Below are positions 11,354 through 21,981 of a stretch of DNA of 64,000 nucleotides, one piece after another. The number at the start of each line of letters is the position of its first letter. The stretch's first letter is position 1. Source of the stretch: a virus; IMG/VR virus record IMGVR_UViG_3300042478_002320, positions 1 through 64,000 of that record; one strand, written 5' to 3'. The notes below the pieces were generated by a model, which worked only from the letters and a program-made list of their open reading frames with translations, was not told the DNA's origin and did not search any database. The position numbers and the translations under genes were made by a program.

Positions 11354-12481
11354 TTATCTAATCACTTTGAAATAAAATCCATCATCTATTATATGTTCGG
11401 TGAATCCACCATCTTTCTGCACTTTAAAAACTATTTTATAAAATCTTTCAGGTAAAAAACTGTTCATATTTATATTAAAATAATTACCTTCAGAATCTAT
11501 ACTTAATCGAGTTGATCCCGTATCAAATGGTACAATATAATCTTCTGTAACAGAATCTTGAATTGCATAATATGAAGATGTTGGTAGCCTCTTAAAATTT
11601 AAATAATTATTAGTCGTAGTATAATCTAAAGTTGGATATCTATCTCTACTTTTTACTCTGAATTTATACTTTGAATTTGTTTTATAGTTTTTATTAATAT
11701 TGCTTACAAATAATTGAAAATCGTCAGATACTTCAGGTAAACTTCCACTCATTGATATATTACTGTCATCCCAAACTATTTCTAATTTTGGAATATATAT
11801 CGTATGTGTATCTGTACTAAAAAATCTTATAGTTCCTTTAAAATCTGTAGAAAACTCATCTTGAGATGTTCTCTTTACAATAAAACCATTATTGGGTATA
11901 CTGCCACTTAACCATCTATGAATTATATTAGAAACATTTATTCTTATATCAGGATTTTTAACATAGTTAAAATTTTGTGTAGCATAATATTGAGAACTTG
12001 TATACCAAGTACCACCACCTGAATTAGTTGAAAATGATCCTGTCGTTCTTGTAGAGAACATATTATTTATCCATTGTAAACCATTTCCATCGTAGTAACC
12101 ATTTCTGTAAGTCCAACTTGCTCCTGTAGTAATTTCAGGATAATCATTATAATGACCTACACCATTGTCCCAAGATTGTGATACGGCAAAAACATCAATA
12201 TTATAATCTAACGGCAAATCTGAAGCATCTGTTGCTCTTAAAGATAGAAAGTATTTTGATGTTCTTGATACTGTCTTAGATGATATTAAATTGCTTAAAT
12301 GATCTATATCAAACTTTATTAGTATTCTTGAATTATAAGTGCCATCGTAGTAAAAACCATTTTCATCAGGAACACTTTCTACATACTTTAGTAGTTCTAA
12401 TACTTGGTCAATACCCGCATTTCTACGAGGATTTTTCTCATATAAAGTAGTGTCTCTTGTTGCGTATATAGCGTGATACAT
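11354..12481 (-). CDS. Virion protein with DNRLRE-like domain
   Basis: DTTLYE..P..NAG..LEL, SRILIKFD, NNGFIVK, F.S.DT..PKLEI.WDD pattern. Confidence 0.55.
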   Translation of the reverse strand: MYHAIYATRDTTLYEKNPRRNAGIDQVLELLKYVESVPDENGFYYDGTYNSRILIKFDIDHLSNLISSKTVSRTSKYFLSLRATDASDLPLDYNIDVFAVSQSWDNGVGHYNDYPEITTGASWTYRNGYYDGNGLQWINNMFSTRTTGSFSTNSGGGTWYTSSQYYATQNFNYVKNPDIRINVSNIIHRWLSGSIPNNGFIVKRTSQDEFSTDFKGTIRFFSTDTHTIYIPKLEIVWDDSNISMSGSLPEVSDDFQLFVSNINKNYKTNSKYKFRVKSRDRYPTLDYTTTNNYLNFKRLPTSSYYAIQDSVTEDYIVPFDTGSTRLSIDSEGNYFNINMNSFLPERFYKIVFKVQKDGGFTEHIIDDGFYFKVIR

Positions 12482-12483
12482 AG

Positions 12484-14373
12484 TTAATAGTTTATTACTC
12501 TTCCTCTAATATCTTTATTTGGGTATTTAATCTCAAAAATTGATTGATCTATAGAAGTATATATAATACTCCTTTTAGTTGCCGATTCTATATCATATAC
12601 ATTACCTGAATATCCTAAACTTGTATCATATAAATTAAATATACTCATATTTGTAGCAGATATTACTCCCTCAACTTGCAAAATTTCTTTCAATACTGTA
12701 TTTTTGAAAATAGGTTTTCCGATACCCATCTTTTCTATATCAAAATAATTTTTTAAAGCTTGTATGCATCGTAATAAAACTTCATTACTATTATAAACTT
12801 CGTCAACAACTATTTCAAAATCTATTCCTATATTAATTATAAAAGCATCTCGTATACTAACAGAGTCAGTCATCATTCTATACTCTTTCATATAGTTTAG
12901 TAGGTTGAATTTAACTGCATCATTTAATGGTGTTAAATTCTTATTCTCATCATAACCTAAGCAATATAAATTAATTCCAAAATAATTTACATTTTGAAAA
13001 TCAGTTGAACTATCTAAATATTGATCATCTAATTCTACGCATACTTTTGCTATAGCTCCATATTTAACAGGCATACTATAAGCTCTTACAATATAATCAT
13101 CTTTAGTTACAGCTCTATTTTGAGCTGCAAAGTTAGCTAAAGCCTCTCTTCTAACATCTTCCACATTTCTTCTCGATAATCCTCCTCTTGCAGGTTTGGG
13201 ATTATTAACGGCTACGCTATTCACTATAGTGTTAAATAATGCTGAATTTAAATTTGATTGTGGAGTAGTTATGTTTGAAGTTACTATATTTGATATACTA
13301 TTTGCCCCAACATTATCTTCAACTCCTCCCCCAATAGTATATCGTACTGTTAATGTTGTATTTGATGGTGCTTTTCCATAAGTTTTAGTATATAAAAAAT
13401 TCTTTGGATCAATACTTAAATCAACAACTCTTTCAAAGTAGTCTAAACCAAATCCAACATTAAAAGGATTAGGTACGATTTCTTCATCATACTCTGAACT
13501 TACTCCTGAGCCAAACTGTATTTCATATCTATTATCCTCTCTCAGCCTTGTTACAAATCTAAGTTCTGATTGTTTAAACTGCATTAAATTTGGTGCTGTA
13601 GATCTAAATTTAGATAGATGTGGATCATTGTATGGCAAATTTGGAACAGATATAGGTATTAAATCTTGAGCTAAGTAAGGTGTTTCATACCATCTATTAT
13701 TATCAGAATCGTATATATCTACTACTTCTAAAACATCATCCTGTGGTAGTACTATTTTATCATATGGTTTAGGAGAATCGAATACATAGCTTTGTGATAC
13801 AATTTCTCCTGAAACGGCTCTAACATTTTTTCTTAATAAGAAATAATCTACTTCTCCTGTATTATCTAAAGAATATACAGTAATTTCTGTCGGATCAAAT
13901 GAAGAACTATATGAAAAATCTACGCTATCTACAGTTCTAAAATTTTTGTTAGAATCCGAACTAACAATCATGTTTGAATCAATTTGCAAACAATATCTAA
14001 AGTCAGGAACTACAGATGAACCATTATTTATAGATGGCACTAATTGAAATATATCTAAATCTACAGATGCAGGAGTTCTAAATTTTGGTGTGTATCCTAA
14101 AGAATGGGCAATATTATATAAATTTATATTTTCTTCAACTGTCAGTAATAAAGATTCTCGTAATTGTATGTCAGTGTAGAAGGATAGAATGTCTCCTGTG
14201 GCAGCAACTAATTCCATGAACATCATGCCGGGAGATGATTCATTGAAATCATTATAAGTATCAGGAAAATAGTTCTTTGTATAATCTATTAACTGCTGTC
14301 GTATCTCCCCAAAATCTTTATTTAGATACTTTATATCCTTTCTAATATTATTATTTAATAATTTTGAACTCAT
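12484..14373 (-). CDS. Baseplate wedge subunit (T4 gp6 / baseplate J-like)
   Basis: DF..I...L..Y..DFNESSPGMMFMEL...DILSFY; QNRAVTKDDY. Confidence 0.85.
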   Translation of the reverse strand: MSSKLLNNNIRKDIKYLNKDFGEIRQQLIDYTKNYFPDTYNDFNESSPGMMFMELVAATGDILSFYTDIQLRESLLLTVEENINLYNIAHSLGYTPKFRTPASVDLDIFQLVPSINNGSSVVPDFRYCLQIDSNMIVSSDSNKNFRTVDSVDFSYSSSFDPTEITVYSLDNTGEVDYFLLRKNVRAVSGEIVSQSYVFDSPKPYDKIVLPQDDVLEVVDIYDSDNNRWYETPYLAQDLIPISVPNLPYNDPHLSKFRSTAPNLMQFKQSELRFVTRLREDNRYEIQFGSGVSSEYDEEIVPNPFNVGFGLDYFERVVDLSIDPKNFLYTKTYGKAPSNTTLTVRYTIGGGVEDNVGANSISNIVTSNITTPQSNLNSALFNTIVNSVAVNNPKPARGGLSRRNVEDVRREALANFAAQNRAVTKDDYIVRAYSMPVKYGAIAKVCVELDDQYLDSSTDFQNVNYFGINLYCLGYDENKNLTPLNDAVKFNLLNYMKEYRMMTDSVSIRDAFIINIGIDFEIVVDEVYNSNEVLLRCIQALKNYFDIEKMGIGKPIFKNTVLKEILQVEGVISATNMSIFNLYDTSLGYSGNVYDIESATKRSIIYTSIDQSIFEIKYPNKDIRGRVINY

Positions 14374-14374
14374 A

Positions 14375-14890
14375 TTACTCTATTTCAAAGTTAACAACAC
14401 CTGAATCTAAAAATAGTATTATATTTCTATTAGCACCTACATTAGTTACCCTAAATGATATTTTAATTTGAACATTATGTTCTGAATAACTATTTGAGAA
14501 AGCAATATCAGTCTCTGCTGTAACTTGAACTGAATCTAATAAAATATAGGGTAACCAAAATTCAATATCATCTATAACAGATAATCTAAGAGAATTTCTG
14601 TTTTCTTCACTATTTAATTCGAATAAATAATCAGGTATCTTTGAACCGAAATTAGGTTGCATTAATCTCTCACCCTTCCTTGTTAGTAGTAAATTAACTA
14701 AATTAGTTATGGCTTGTTCCTCCGTAGAATATGAAAGTCTAAATGTCTTTACATCTCCTCTCCTATTTATTTCTTTTGGATACTTTATGTCAACTAATAC
14801 AGCATCTCCATTCATAGGTAATAGAACACCAACTGCTCTATCATTATATAAATTTGTCTCATAAGATCTAAATACTGTACGTGTTGCCAT
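14375..14890 (-). CDS. Baseplate wedge gp25-like protein
   Basis: NLLLTRKGERLMQPNFGS..LFE motif, adjacent to gp6-like gene. Confidence 0.85.
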   Translation of the reverse strand: MATRTVFRSYETNLYNDRAVGVLLPMNGDAVLVDIKYPKEINRRGDVKTFRLSYSTEEQAITNLVNLLLTRKGERLMQPNFGSKIPDYLFELNSEENRNSLRLSVIDDIEFWLPYILLDSVQVTAETDIAFSNSYSEHNVQIKISFRVTNVGANRNIILFLDSGVVNFEIE

Positions 14891-14895
14891 TTATA

Positions 14896-15282
14896 TTATT
14901 TCTTATCCATTTTTTTTAACAAAGCAGAATAATCTTTAGTCAATGCTTTATAAACTGCTTGAGTTTTTGGATTGTGTTCTAAGCTATCCAAAGCTCTTGA
15001 ATCTAAAATTGATCTTTCAGTCTCTTCTTCAGGATACTCCATATCTTCAGTAATTATTTCCATTAAACCACTAAATTTTTTTCTGAAATCTTTTCTTTCA
15101 GATTCTACTTTAGTACTAATAGGCTTCTCCGCAAATTTTTTTGGGGAAGGGCTACTATGATTCTCAGAAATACTTTTAGACTTAGATTCAGTTAATCTTG
15201 ATTCTAATCTATCAAAATAATAATCTAATTCTTCTCTTATTATTTTTCTAAGTTTTGACTCAATTGAAATTTTATCCATCAT
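14896..15282 (-). CDS. Hypothetical late protein
   Basis: 128 aa. KLRKIIREEL N-terminus; TATTTATA upstream. Confidence 0.6.
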   Translation of the reverse strand: MMDKISIESKLRKIIREELDYYFDRLESRLTESKSKSISENHSSPSPKKFAEKPISTKVESERKDFRKKFSGLMEIITEDMEYPEEETERSILDSRALDSLEHNPKTQAVYKALTKDYSALLKKMDKK

Positions 15283-15305
15283 AACGTTTTATATAAATAG
15301 ATTAT

Positions 15306-17138
15306 TTAATTAAATTTTACTTCATTAGTTAATTTTTTTATACTATAATCCAATAATATATCTCCCTTAGAACATTTACTGCTCAATATTAATTGAGATA
15401 TACATGAATTATCAGCTAATATATCAGGAGTCAGAAGCGAATTATCAGTTATATTATAGTTATTATCAACACTATCATTCAATAAATACCATCCTCTACA
15501 GAATGTGTCATTTCCTATCAATAAAAGTAAATTATAATTTACTTTCTCTGTTATTCCTGTTGCCGAGTTGAATTTATTCGCAGTCATTTTATAAATATAT
15601 CCTTTACATTCTGCATCTGAATTTACTAACTTAATATTAAAATCTTTCTTATCTAATTTATTAGCATTTGAATCATCTTTACTCGAATCTTCTTTATTAG
15701 TAAGTCCATCTCCATCAGATTTTAATACATTTCCGTTAGAATCAACTAATACTCCGCATCCTGACAATGGTAATCCACAATCTATGTTTATAAATTCAGG
15801 CAAGTCTTTATTAGGATCATAATCTAATTCAATATCTTTTGAATTAAGAGTATTTAATAAATTTATGGAGTCTTTTCGAGTTTGGATACCTGAAGAGTCT
15901 TGTCCTCCTACAGATTCGTTGCCACTTCCTCCTCCGTTCGAACCTAATAATCTTCTTGATATAGCATATGGAACTATATTGTTAATACCAAAATCATGAT
16001 TATCTAATCTTGGCTCAGGAGGTGGTATAAATGCATTAGGTGGTAGTAACTCAAATCTCATTGATAATATAAAAGTTCTCAAAACTTCTAATAAGTTTGT
16101 AGCAGGGCCTGTAGGGCCAAATGGCGTAGCAAAAACAGCCATAGCCGATGTTAAGTCTTTTAATTGTTTTGCTAACTCCTGAACTCTGTTAACTAATTCA
16201 TCAAAATCAACATCATGTTCATCTGTAGTTATGTAAAACTTTCTTGCTTCTAATACTACTTTATCTTTCGCTATTACAAATATATTATCTTTTTTAGCAT
16301 TCAAAACTATTCTTGACGTATCTATTAATATTTGAGGGTTATCAAAATTAGGCACTCCTTTGGTCTCAAATCTTCTTGCCCTACCTAATCTAACTTTAGA
16401 ATATTTTTGACTTACTCCTCCAAATATACCTGTTATATTATTAGATACATTCTCTACTCTATATTTTTGACTTTTAGTATTTTTAGATTGATTTTTATTT
16501 CCCGACATATCGGAAACATCTTCATTTATTGGTCTTTTTTTAGGAGATGCTGATGGTTCTAATGTCATAGCAAACGTAGGATCTCCTAATTTAGTATCTT
16601 TATGATGTTGTGGTTTCTTATAATATTGAGAATCATCTGAAGTTCCTATACCAAGTCTTATAGCGGATCCTCCTCTGTTTTGGATGATTAAATCACCTTC
16701 ATATGGTTGAAGAGGTGCTAAAGGTCTACAGGGGAATGGAAATGTTTTGCCGGGCTCAAAGGGATTGTCCATAACCAAACCATTACTTTCCTTAGAAGTA
16801 GTTCTCTGAGTTATAGTATGCATTTGATTAATTACCGAATCATCCGTTGAATTCAAAGGATATGGTAAATAATAATACGTTATATTTTTGTGTTTTGGCT
16901 GTAACTCATCCTTAGATGGAGCTCTTATTAGCATAACTAATTCTCCATTTAAAGGAGTAAACATATAATTTAATGTGATTGGTCTTGCATATATATCTTT
17001 TAAATTTTCTACATCTGAATTTGCAATTAACCTAACTTTTATACTCCCTATAGGTAGTATATTTCCTTCATTATTTTTTGGATTATCATTATATGTTAGT
17101 TTACCTGTTTGTACTACCTCTCCTAATATTATTGACAT
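15306..17138 (-). CDS. Baseplate hub/spike protein (gp5/gpV-like)
   Basis: OB-fold-like N-terminus (P..GE.V), PYEGDLIIQNRGGSAIRLG, beta-repeat region, TPFGPTGP; baseplate context. Confidence 0.6.
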   Translation of the reverse strand: MSIILGEVVQTGKLTYNDNPKNNEGNILPIGSIKVRLIANSDVENLKDIYARPITLNYMFTPLNGELVMLIRAPSKDELQPKHKNITYYYLPYPLNSTDDSVINQMHTITQRTTSKESNGLVMDNPFEPGKTFPFPCRPLAPLQPYEGDLIIQNRGGSAIRLGIGTSDDSQYYKKPQHHKDTKLGDPTFAMTLEPSASPKKRPINEDVSDMSGNKNQSKNTKSQKYRVENVSNNITGIFGGVSQKYSKVRLGRARRFETKGVPNFDNPQILIDTSRIVLNAKKDNIFVIAKDKVVLEARKFYITTDEHDVDFDELVNRVQELAKQLKDLTSAMAVFATPFGPTGPATNLLEVLRTFILSMRFELLPPNAFIPPPEPRLDNHDFGINNIVPYAISRRLLGSNGGGSGNESVGGQDSSGIQTRKDSINLLNTLNSKDIELDYDPNKDLPEFINIDCGLPLSGCGVLVDSNGNVLKSDGDGLTNKEDSSKDDSNANKLDKKDFNIKLVNSDAECKGYIYKMTANKFNSATGITEKVNYNLLLLIGNDTFCRGWYLLNDSVDNNYNITDNSLLTPDILADNSCISQLILSSKCSKGDILLDYSIKKLTNEVKFN

Positions 17139-17144
17139 TAGTAT

Positions 17145-17492
17145 TTATTTTAAAAAATTATTCGGATGATAATCTACAAGTAATTGTTTCTTTTCTTCAT
17201 CAGAAAGTATATACATTTCTGTAGTCTTTGAAGATTTTTGTGAATTTGCCATGGATCTCTGAACAATACCTGCCATCTTAATCAAATGATCATCATTCTT
17301 TATAGATAAATCAATGTAATCTCTTAGAACAGGCCCTAAAGAAGCAGCATCTTCAGGACTATTAATCATTCCCTCTATGTTATCAACCAATTTGGAAATC
17401 ATTTGATCCTTTGCTTTAGTAGTTATGTAGATATCTTTCATTAAATCTGAAAAAGACATCTTATCAAAAACTAAAGAATCATCATTAGACAT
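17145..17492 (-). CDS. Conserved hypothetical phage protein
   Basis: 115 aa helical ORF; TATTTATA upstream. Confidence 0.6.
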   Translation of the reverse strand: MSNDDSLVFDKMSFSDLMKDIYITTKAKDQMISKLVDNIEGMINSPEDAASLGPVLRDYIDLSIKNDDHLIKMAGIVQRSMANSQKSSKTTEMYILSDEEKKQLLVDYHPNNFLK

Positions 17493-17523
17493 ACTCTACT
17501 TTTTATATAAATACAATATAATA

Positions 17524-18207
17524 TTACTTTTTAAAATATTCATTCATAGAATTATTAAAATATCTCTTTAATACATTTATAACTTTAGTTATTTTTTGTG
17601 TTTTTATACCTGTTCTCTCTCTGACTATAAAATAAATAGCTTTCTTATTGAAAGCATCTATCATATTACGTATCTTAAACAATTCTAAAACTGAATCAGC
17701 AATTGCTATCTCATCTTCATTTTTAAAAATATTATAGATTTTTAAGTACATATCATCTACCCACCTATCTACGAAAATGTTTAAGTCCTCTCTATAGTCA
17801 TCTCTATAGACTTCCGAGATGACATCCCTCTCTTCATCTACGTCATCTAAATCTACTATCTGTTTTATCTGCTTTCTATTTCTATAGTTTTTAGTATTTA
17901 AAGCAATTAGATAATTCCTACCTGCAACTGTGTAATAGGAATATGCTTTACCCGCTGATTGAGAAAAATTTGGTAGCTTCTCTGTAATAAAAGATACCAA
18001 ATCATTCTTCAAATCATCAAATTCTAAATCTATGTAAGGACATTTATATGTATTGATTAAGTTTTCAGCTAACTTATCTAAAGATGGATATATTTCTTTA
18101 CTATATATAAAGTTTCTTTCTTTTATATTTTCTGATAAATTATATCTTATTATAGCATTATCTACATCTAAAGTAAAATAATCTTTATTCGAGTTCTTCT
18201 TCGGCAT
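17524..18207 (-). CDS. Late-transcription sigma factor, T4 gp55-like
   Basis: KLAENLINTYK, sigma region-2-like KLPNF..GKAYSYYTVAGRNYLI, C-terminal HTH-like segment. Confidence 0.7.
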   Translation of the reverse strand: MPKKNSNKDYFTLDVDNAIIRYNLSENIKERNFIYSKEIYPSLDKLAENLINTYKCPYIDLEFDDLKNDLVSFITEKLPNFSQSAGKAYSYYTVAGRNYLIALNTKNYRNRKQIKQIVDLDDVDEERDVISEVYRDDYREDLNIFVDRWVDDMYLKIYNIFKNEDEIAIADSVLELFKIRNMIDAFNKKAIYFIVRERTGIKTQKITKVINVLKRYFNNSMNEYFKK

Positions 18208-18517
18208 TATCTTCTATTGTGTTCAAAAATTCATTTACAATTTTGTAAGAATCTTCAATAATACCTTTAATTGTATTGAACACAAAACCAACTTCATCAT
18301 CAGACTCGAAAGAACCTCTTCGATCTATTTCTTTTAAGTGACTGAAATCTGTATGAAGTCTAACATTTAAACTACTAATAAAATTTATTAACTTTTCATT
18401 ATCCTCATCTAACTTAGCTAAAGCTTCTTCTAAATTACTTAATTTTTTTGAATTTAGAATAATTAGATAAATGCATATTAAAATTATACAAATACATATT
18501 AACAACAAAATAAACAT
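18185..18517 (-). CDS. Membrane-anchored coiled-coil protein
   Basis: N-terminal hydrophobic helix then coiled coil; GSFESDDEVG motif. Confidence 0.6.
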   Translation of the reverse strand: MFILLLICICIILICIYLIILNSKKLSNLEEALAKLDEDNEKLINFISSLNVRLHTDFSHLKEIDRRGSFESDDEVGFVFNTIKGIIEDSYKIVNEFLNTIEDNAEEELE

Positions 18518-18522
18518 AACTG

Positions 18523-19254
18523 TTATTTTTTAGGATTATCAAACATTTGTTTAAAATCATTTAAAGCACTATCAGATTCTTTTTTAATTTCATTTATAGT
18601 ATTAATTTTATTTTTTGAATTTTTCCAAATTTTATACTCCTGTTTAGAAGCCATTAAATCTGCCATATGGATTATGTAAGCTAAATTTGTTCTTAGAGAA
18701 GCTGATTCAGATCTTGCTATATAATATGGTTTATTACCATCCTCATATAATCCATCATGTATTTTAATTGCTATAAACTCTTCCCAAGAAATTTTAACAC
18801 TAAATTTCTGTAGAGTATATATGCTCAAATCAGGAACTAATGCGAAAGGTATATTATCATTAGTCTTGTATACTTTTCCCATATTCTTTCTGTGCCATTC
18901 GCTATCATTAGGAATATACTTATCATTACCTTCCCCAATAAATCCTAACTTACCTAAATCATGGTGCATAGCAACAAATACTAAATTAGATTTAGTAAAT
19001 CCTGAAAGATCCATGTTCATCTGTTCGTAAAATTCATACAATTTAATGGATGTATCAATAACTCTAAGCACATGATCAATATAACCGCCTACAAAAGCAT
19101 TATGATAATAATCAATAGAACTTGCAGGTGCTAAAACCAATCTATTTCCAAATGAATCGTACATGTTTTTCAACTCTACTTTTCTATCAGAAAGATAAAC
19201 TTCAATATAGTTTAAAAATTCACCATACTGTTTTTCAAGAACGCTAACTTCCAT
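18523..19254 (-). CDS. HD-domain phosphohydrolase (YhaM-like)
   Basis: PAS...HNA..GG..DH.L, HHDLGK, HDG, H.AD motifs. Confidence 0.8.
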   Translation of the reverse strand: MEVSVLEKQYGEFLNYIEVYLSDRKVELKNMYDSFGNRLVLAPASSIDYYHNAFVGGYIDHVLRVIDTSIKLYEFYEQMNMDLSGFTKSNLVFVAMHHDLGKLGFIGEGNDKYIPNDSEWHRKNMGKVYKTNDNIPFALVPDLSIYTLQKFSVKISWEEFIAIKIHDGLYEDGNKPYYIARSESASLRTNLAYIIHMADLMASKQEYKIWKNSKNKINTINEIKKESDSALNDFKQMFDNPKK

Positions 19255-19257
19255 AAC

Positions 19258-19560
19258 TTATAATTTTGTTTTTGTTTTATTATACCAATCCTTTATCTCC
19301 TCATCAGTCATACTACTGAACTCATCAGGAGTTAATAACGCATAACCTTGCTTATTGTTTCCTGTATCTATAGAATTATAATAAATAGGTTCCACAACTA
19401 ACTCTTCAACATTCTCTTTTGTTAATACTTTATTTCCATTATCAACTATTTTAAAAATAGGTTTAGGCTTTGTTACAACAGATATTTTATAATTTTTTAT
19501 ATTAGGATCTTGATCAATAAAGTCATTTTGCACAATAAAGTTATTAGGTTTATTGTGCAA
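19258..19560 (-). CDS. Probable C-terminal continuation of 19569..20561 across an A10 run
   Basis: Only a TTG start; its frame stays open upstream through the homopolymer at 19577-19586. Confidence 0.5.
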   Translation of the reverse strand: MHNKPNNFIVQNDFIDQDPNIKNYKISVVTKPKPIFKIVDNGNKVLTKENVEELVVEPIYYNSIDTGNNKQGYALLTPDEFSSMTDEEIKDWYNKTKTKL

Positions 19561-19568
19561 TTTACGGT

Positions 19569-20561
19569 TTACTGTGTTTTTTTTTTGGGTTCGGAATCTT
19601 TAGAAGCTTTTGGCTTTCTTCCCATAATTTTACTGCCTTTTTTCGTTTTATTATCTAAAACAACTTGATCGTAGGTATCGCTTATATCCGTAGGTTCATC
19701 TTTTAATAAGTCTAATACATCTGAATTTTTCTTAATAAAATCTTCCTTTTTAGTTGATTTGGATATGTTATTAACTAAATAACTTACGGTAATAACTAAA
19801 GTTATGGCAAGAGGATCAAATACGAATATTATCATAAGAATAAAATAATTCATTAGATTATCCATAGGTACTTCAGTAACTTTACTTAGATAAATTATCG
19901 GCCCTAACTCTGCTGCTGCATCATTGTTAGATTCCATTGATAATACTTCTATTTTATAGTTATCTATACTTGAAGATATGTTTTCTATATCATTTGATAC
20001 TTTATCTCTTCTTTCTACAGCATCTTTTAATTGATATTCTAATGATTTTCGAGTTTCTGAAGATGATGATACTATCTTCTCCCCCGATTTTTTATCAATA
20101 GTAGATGTCATTGTTCCATTAGATAACCCATTTCTAAGTTCAGCTATATCTTTAACTATAGATTGTTTCTCCTCTTGCAAGGATTTTAACCTATCTGATA
20201 GATTATCAGATTTGGCTCTAACAATATTTATTTTATTTTCTGCTATATTGTTTCTATTAGATGTTATCTGATAAGCATTAGATAAAAATCCATAAATACC
20301 TGCTGAAGTTATCAACATCAGAACTACTATAGCTACCGATAAGTAAATCTTTAATGAATTTGGCAATACATCTTTATTCTGATGCAATGAATATGCTGCT
20401 ACTAACTTAGATCCTTCTAATACAGAAGCCATTATTATAACAGATATACCTGCTCCCGCAAATACTTTACTCAATCCGTAAACTGAGAAAAAAGCTGCGG
20501 AAGCAGATAATAATAGAGCTGATAAAGCTACTAAGAATAATACGAATTTTTCCTTTACCAT
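19569..20561 (-). CDS. Multi-pass membrane protein with long coiled coil
   Basis: Three N-terminal TM helices (SAAFFSVYGL, LEGSKLV, ITSAGIYGFLS), coiled coil, IFVFDPLAI TM. Confidence 0.7.
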   Translation of the reverse strand: MVKEKFVLFLVALSALLLSASAAFFSVYGLSKVFAGAGISVIIMASVLEGSKLVAAYSLHQNKDVLPNSLKIYLSVAIVVLMLITSAGIYGFLSNAYQITSNRNNIAENKINIVRAKSDNLSDRLKSLQEEKQSIVKDIAELRNGLSNGTMTSTIDKKSGEKIVSSSSETRKSLEYQLKDAVERRDKVSNDIENISSSIDNYKIEVLSMESNNDAAAELGPIIYLSKVTEVPMDNLMNYFILMIIFVFDPLAITLVITVSYLVNNISKSTKKEDFIKKNSDVLDLLKDEPTDISDTYDQVVLDNKTKKGSKIMGRKPKASKDSEPKKKTQ

Positions 20562-20734
20562 AATGACATAAAAAATAATGATTGTTTTAAGTCCTTTTCC
20601 ATAGTTTCTAATAACTCTAATAACTTGGACTCATTCATTTGCTTGTTATGAATACTTCTTTTGATGTTAGAAATCATATCTGAAACTTCAAGTATTTTAG
20701 CTTCAGCATTTCCTTTATAAGTTTCCTTAATCAT
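20555..20734 (-). CDS. Small hypothetical protein (59 aa)
   Basis: MIKETYKGNAEAK...FMSLW*; overlaps start of next gene. Confidence 0.5.
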   Translation of the reverse strand: MIKETYKGNAEAKILEVSDMISNIKRSIHNKQMNESKLLELLETMEKDLKQSLFFMSLW

Positions 20735-20835
20735 ATTAAAAAATATTTAAACTCATATATAATACATTTTATTTTTGTAATTGTTTCTAATACTCTATAA
20801 ATATATTTCAGTAATATTATATAAAATTATACTAT

Positions 20836-21516
20836 CTATGCTTTTTTAGATTCTTCAGCATCATTAGGAGTCATTTTCGTGATATTCTTACTATTCATAT
20901 AACCAAGTACTCTACGTATTTTTTTACCATACTCACTATTCCTATGCCACACTTTAACTGCATCTTCAATAGTCATCATAGTAACCTTAGTTACAAATGA
21001 ACCTATCTCAGGGTCATCAAAATCTTTCATATTTTCAATCGTAATTGGCTGTTCTTGATTTAATTCATTGTCATTCGCAGGTATCCATTTACCTTTTACT
21101 ATGTCCCAAACTGAAAATTCAGTTCTTTTTATTGTAGGGATATCTCTATTATAATTTACGACAATTTTTGATTTAATAATAGAACCTCCAACTACTTCTT
21201 TATATTCTTTTGAAAATGGTATCTTAGTTCTAATATCTCCTCCTGAATATAGAAATGCTTGTAAATCAAGATTAGGTTCATAATCCATACTTGCAGTTAT
21301 GCCATAAATCTCAAATGGGTTTTTAGTTATACCCAATTTAGCAAGTAGATTTTTAAGTAATTTTCCTTGCTGACTTGAACCTTTCATACGAGATACTATA
21401 TCATCTAAAAATCCTTCATTTATATTCTCAGAAGATTTTACATATTTACCTTCTTTGATAATTCCTGCCAATTTTTGAATTCTTAGAATTTCCTCATTTA
21501 CTAATTTCTTTTTCAT
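20836..21516 (-). CDS. Putative internal head protein
   Basis: N-terminal LVNEEILRIQKLAGIIKE motif; TATTTATA upstream. Confidence 0.55.
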   Translation of the reverse strand: MKKKLVNEEILRIQKLAGIIKEGKYVKSSENINEGFLDDIVSRMKGSSQQGKLLKNLLAKLGITKNPFEIYGITASMDYEPNLDLQAFLYSGGDIRTKIPFSKEYKEVVGGSIIKSKIVVNYNRDIPTIKRTEFSVWDIVKGKWIPANDNELNQEQPITIENMKDFDDPEIGSFVTKVTMMTIEDAVKVWHRNSEYGKKIRRVLGYMNSKNITKMTPNDAEESKKA

Positions 21517-21540
21517 AATTTTTATTTATTATTTATATAT

Positions 21541-21640
21541 AAATATAGTATAGTATTATATTATTATATATTATATATTATATATTATATATTATTTTTT
21601 ATATTATATAGTATTATATATTTATATATATATATATTTT
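21541..21640. repeat. About 100 bp near-pure A/T low-complexity tract (TATAT-type repeats)
   Basis: Only three G and no C in the interval; lies between divergent genes. Confidence 0.8.
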
Positions 21641-21704
21641 CAAAGTTACAGATTTTTTTTCTAAAAACAATACTTTTTATAAAACATTAACAAAACATTA
21701 ACAT

Positions 21705-21980
21705 ATGAGAGTGATATTCAATAATCCTATAACAAAAATATATGAAGTTGGTATAATTGTAAAAAAATATACCATAAACAAAAGACAAAAGTTTGATGTT
21801 ATTTCAGAAAAAGGATCCATGTATTTAGCATTATCTACAAATGTACAAAAAAGTGGTCATATAAATGAAACTTTATCAAAAAAGTTTGCAGACAGCATCA
21901 ATACAAACTTAACCAAACTAAATCAGTCTAATTATAGAAATCCTGAATATATACCTAATATTTTAAAAGTAAATATATAA
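21705..21980 (+). CDS. Hypothetical protein
   Basis: 91 aa ORF. Confidence 0.6.
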   Translation: MRVIFNNPITKIYEVGIIVKKYTINKRQKFDVISEKGSMYLALSTNVQKSGHINETLSKKFADSINTNLTKLNQSNYRNPEYIPNILKVNI

Positions 21981-21981
21981 T

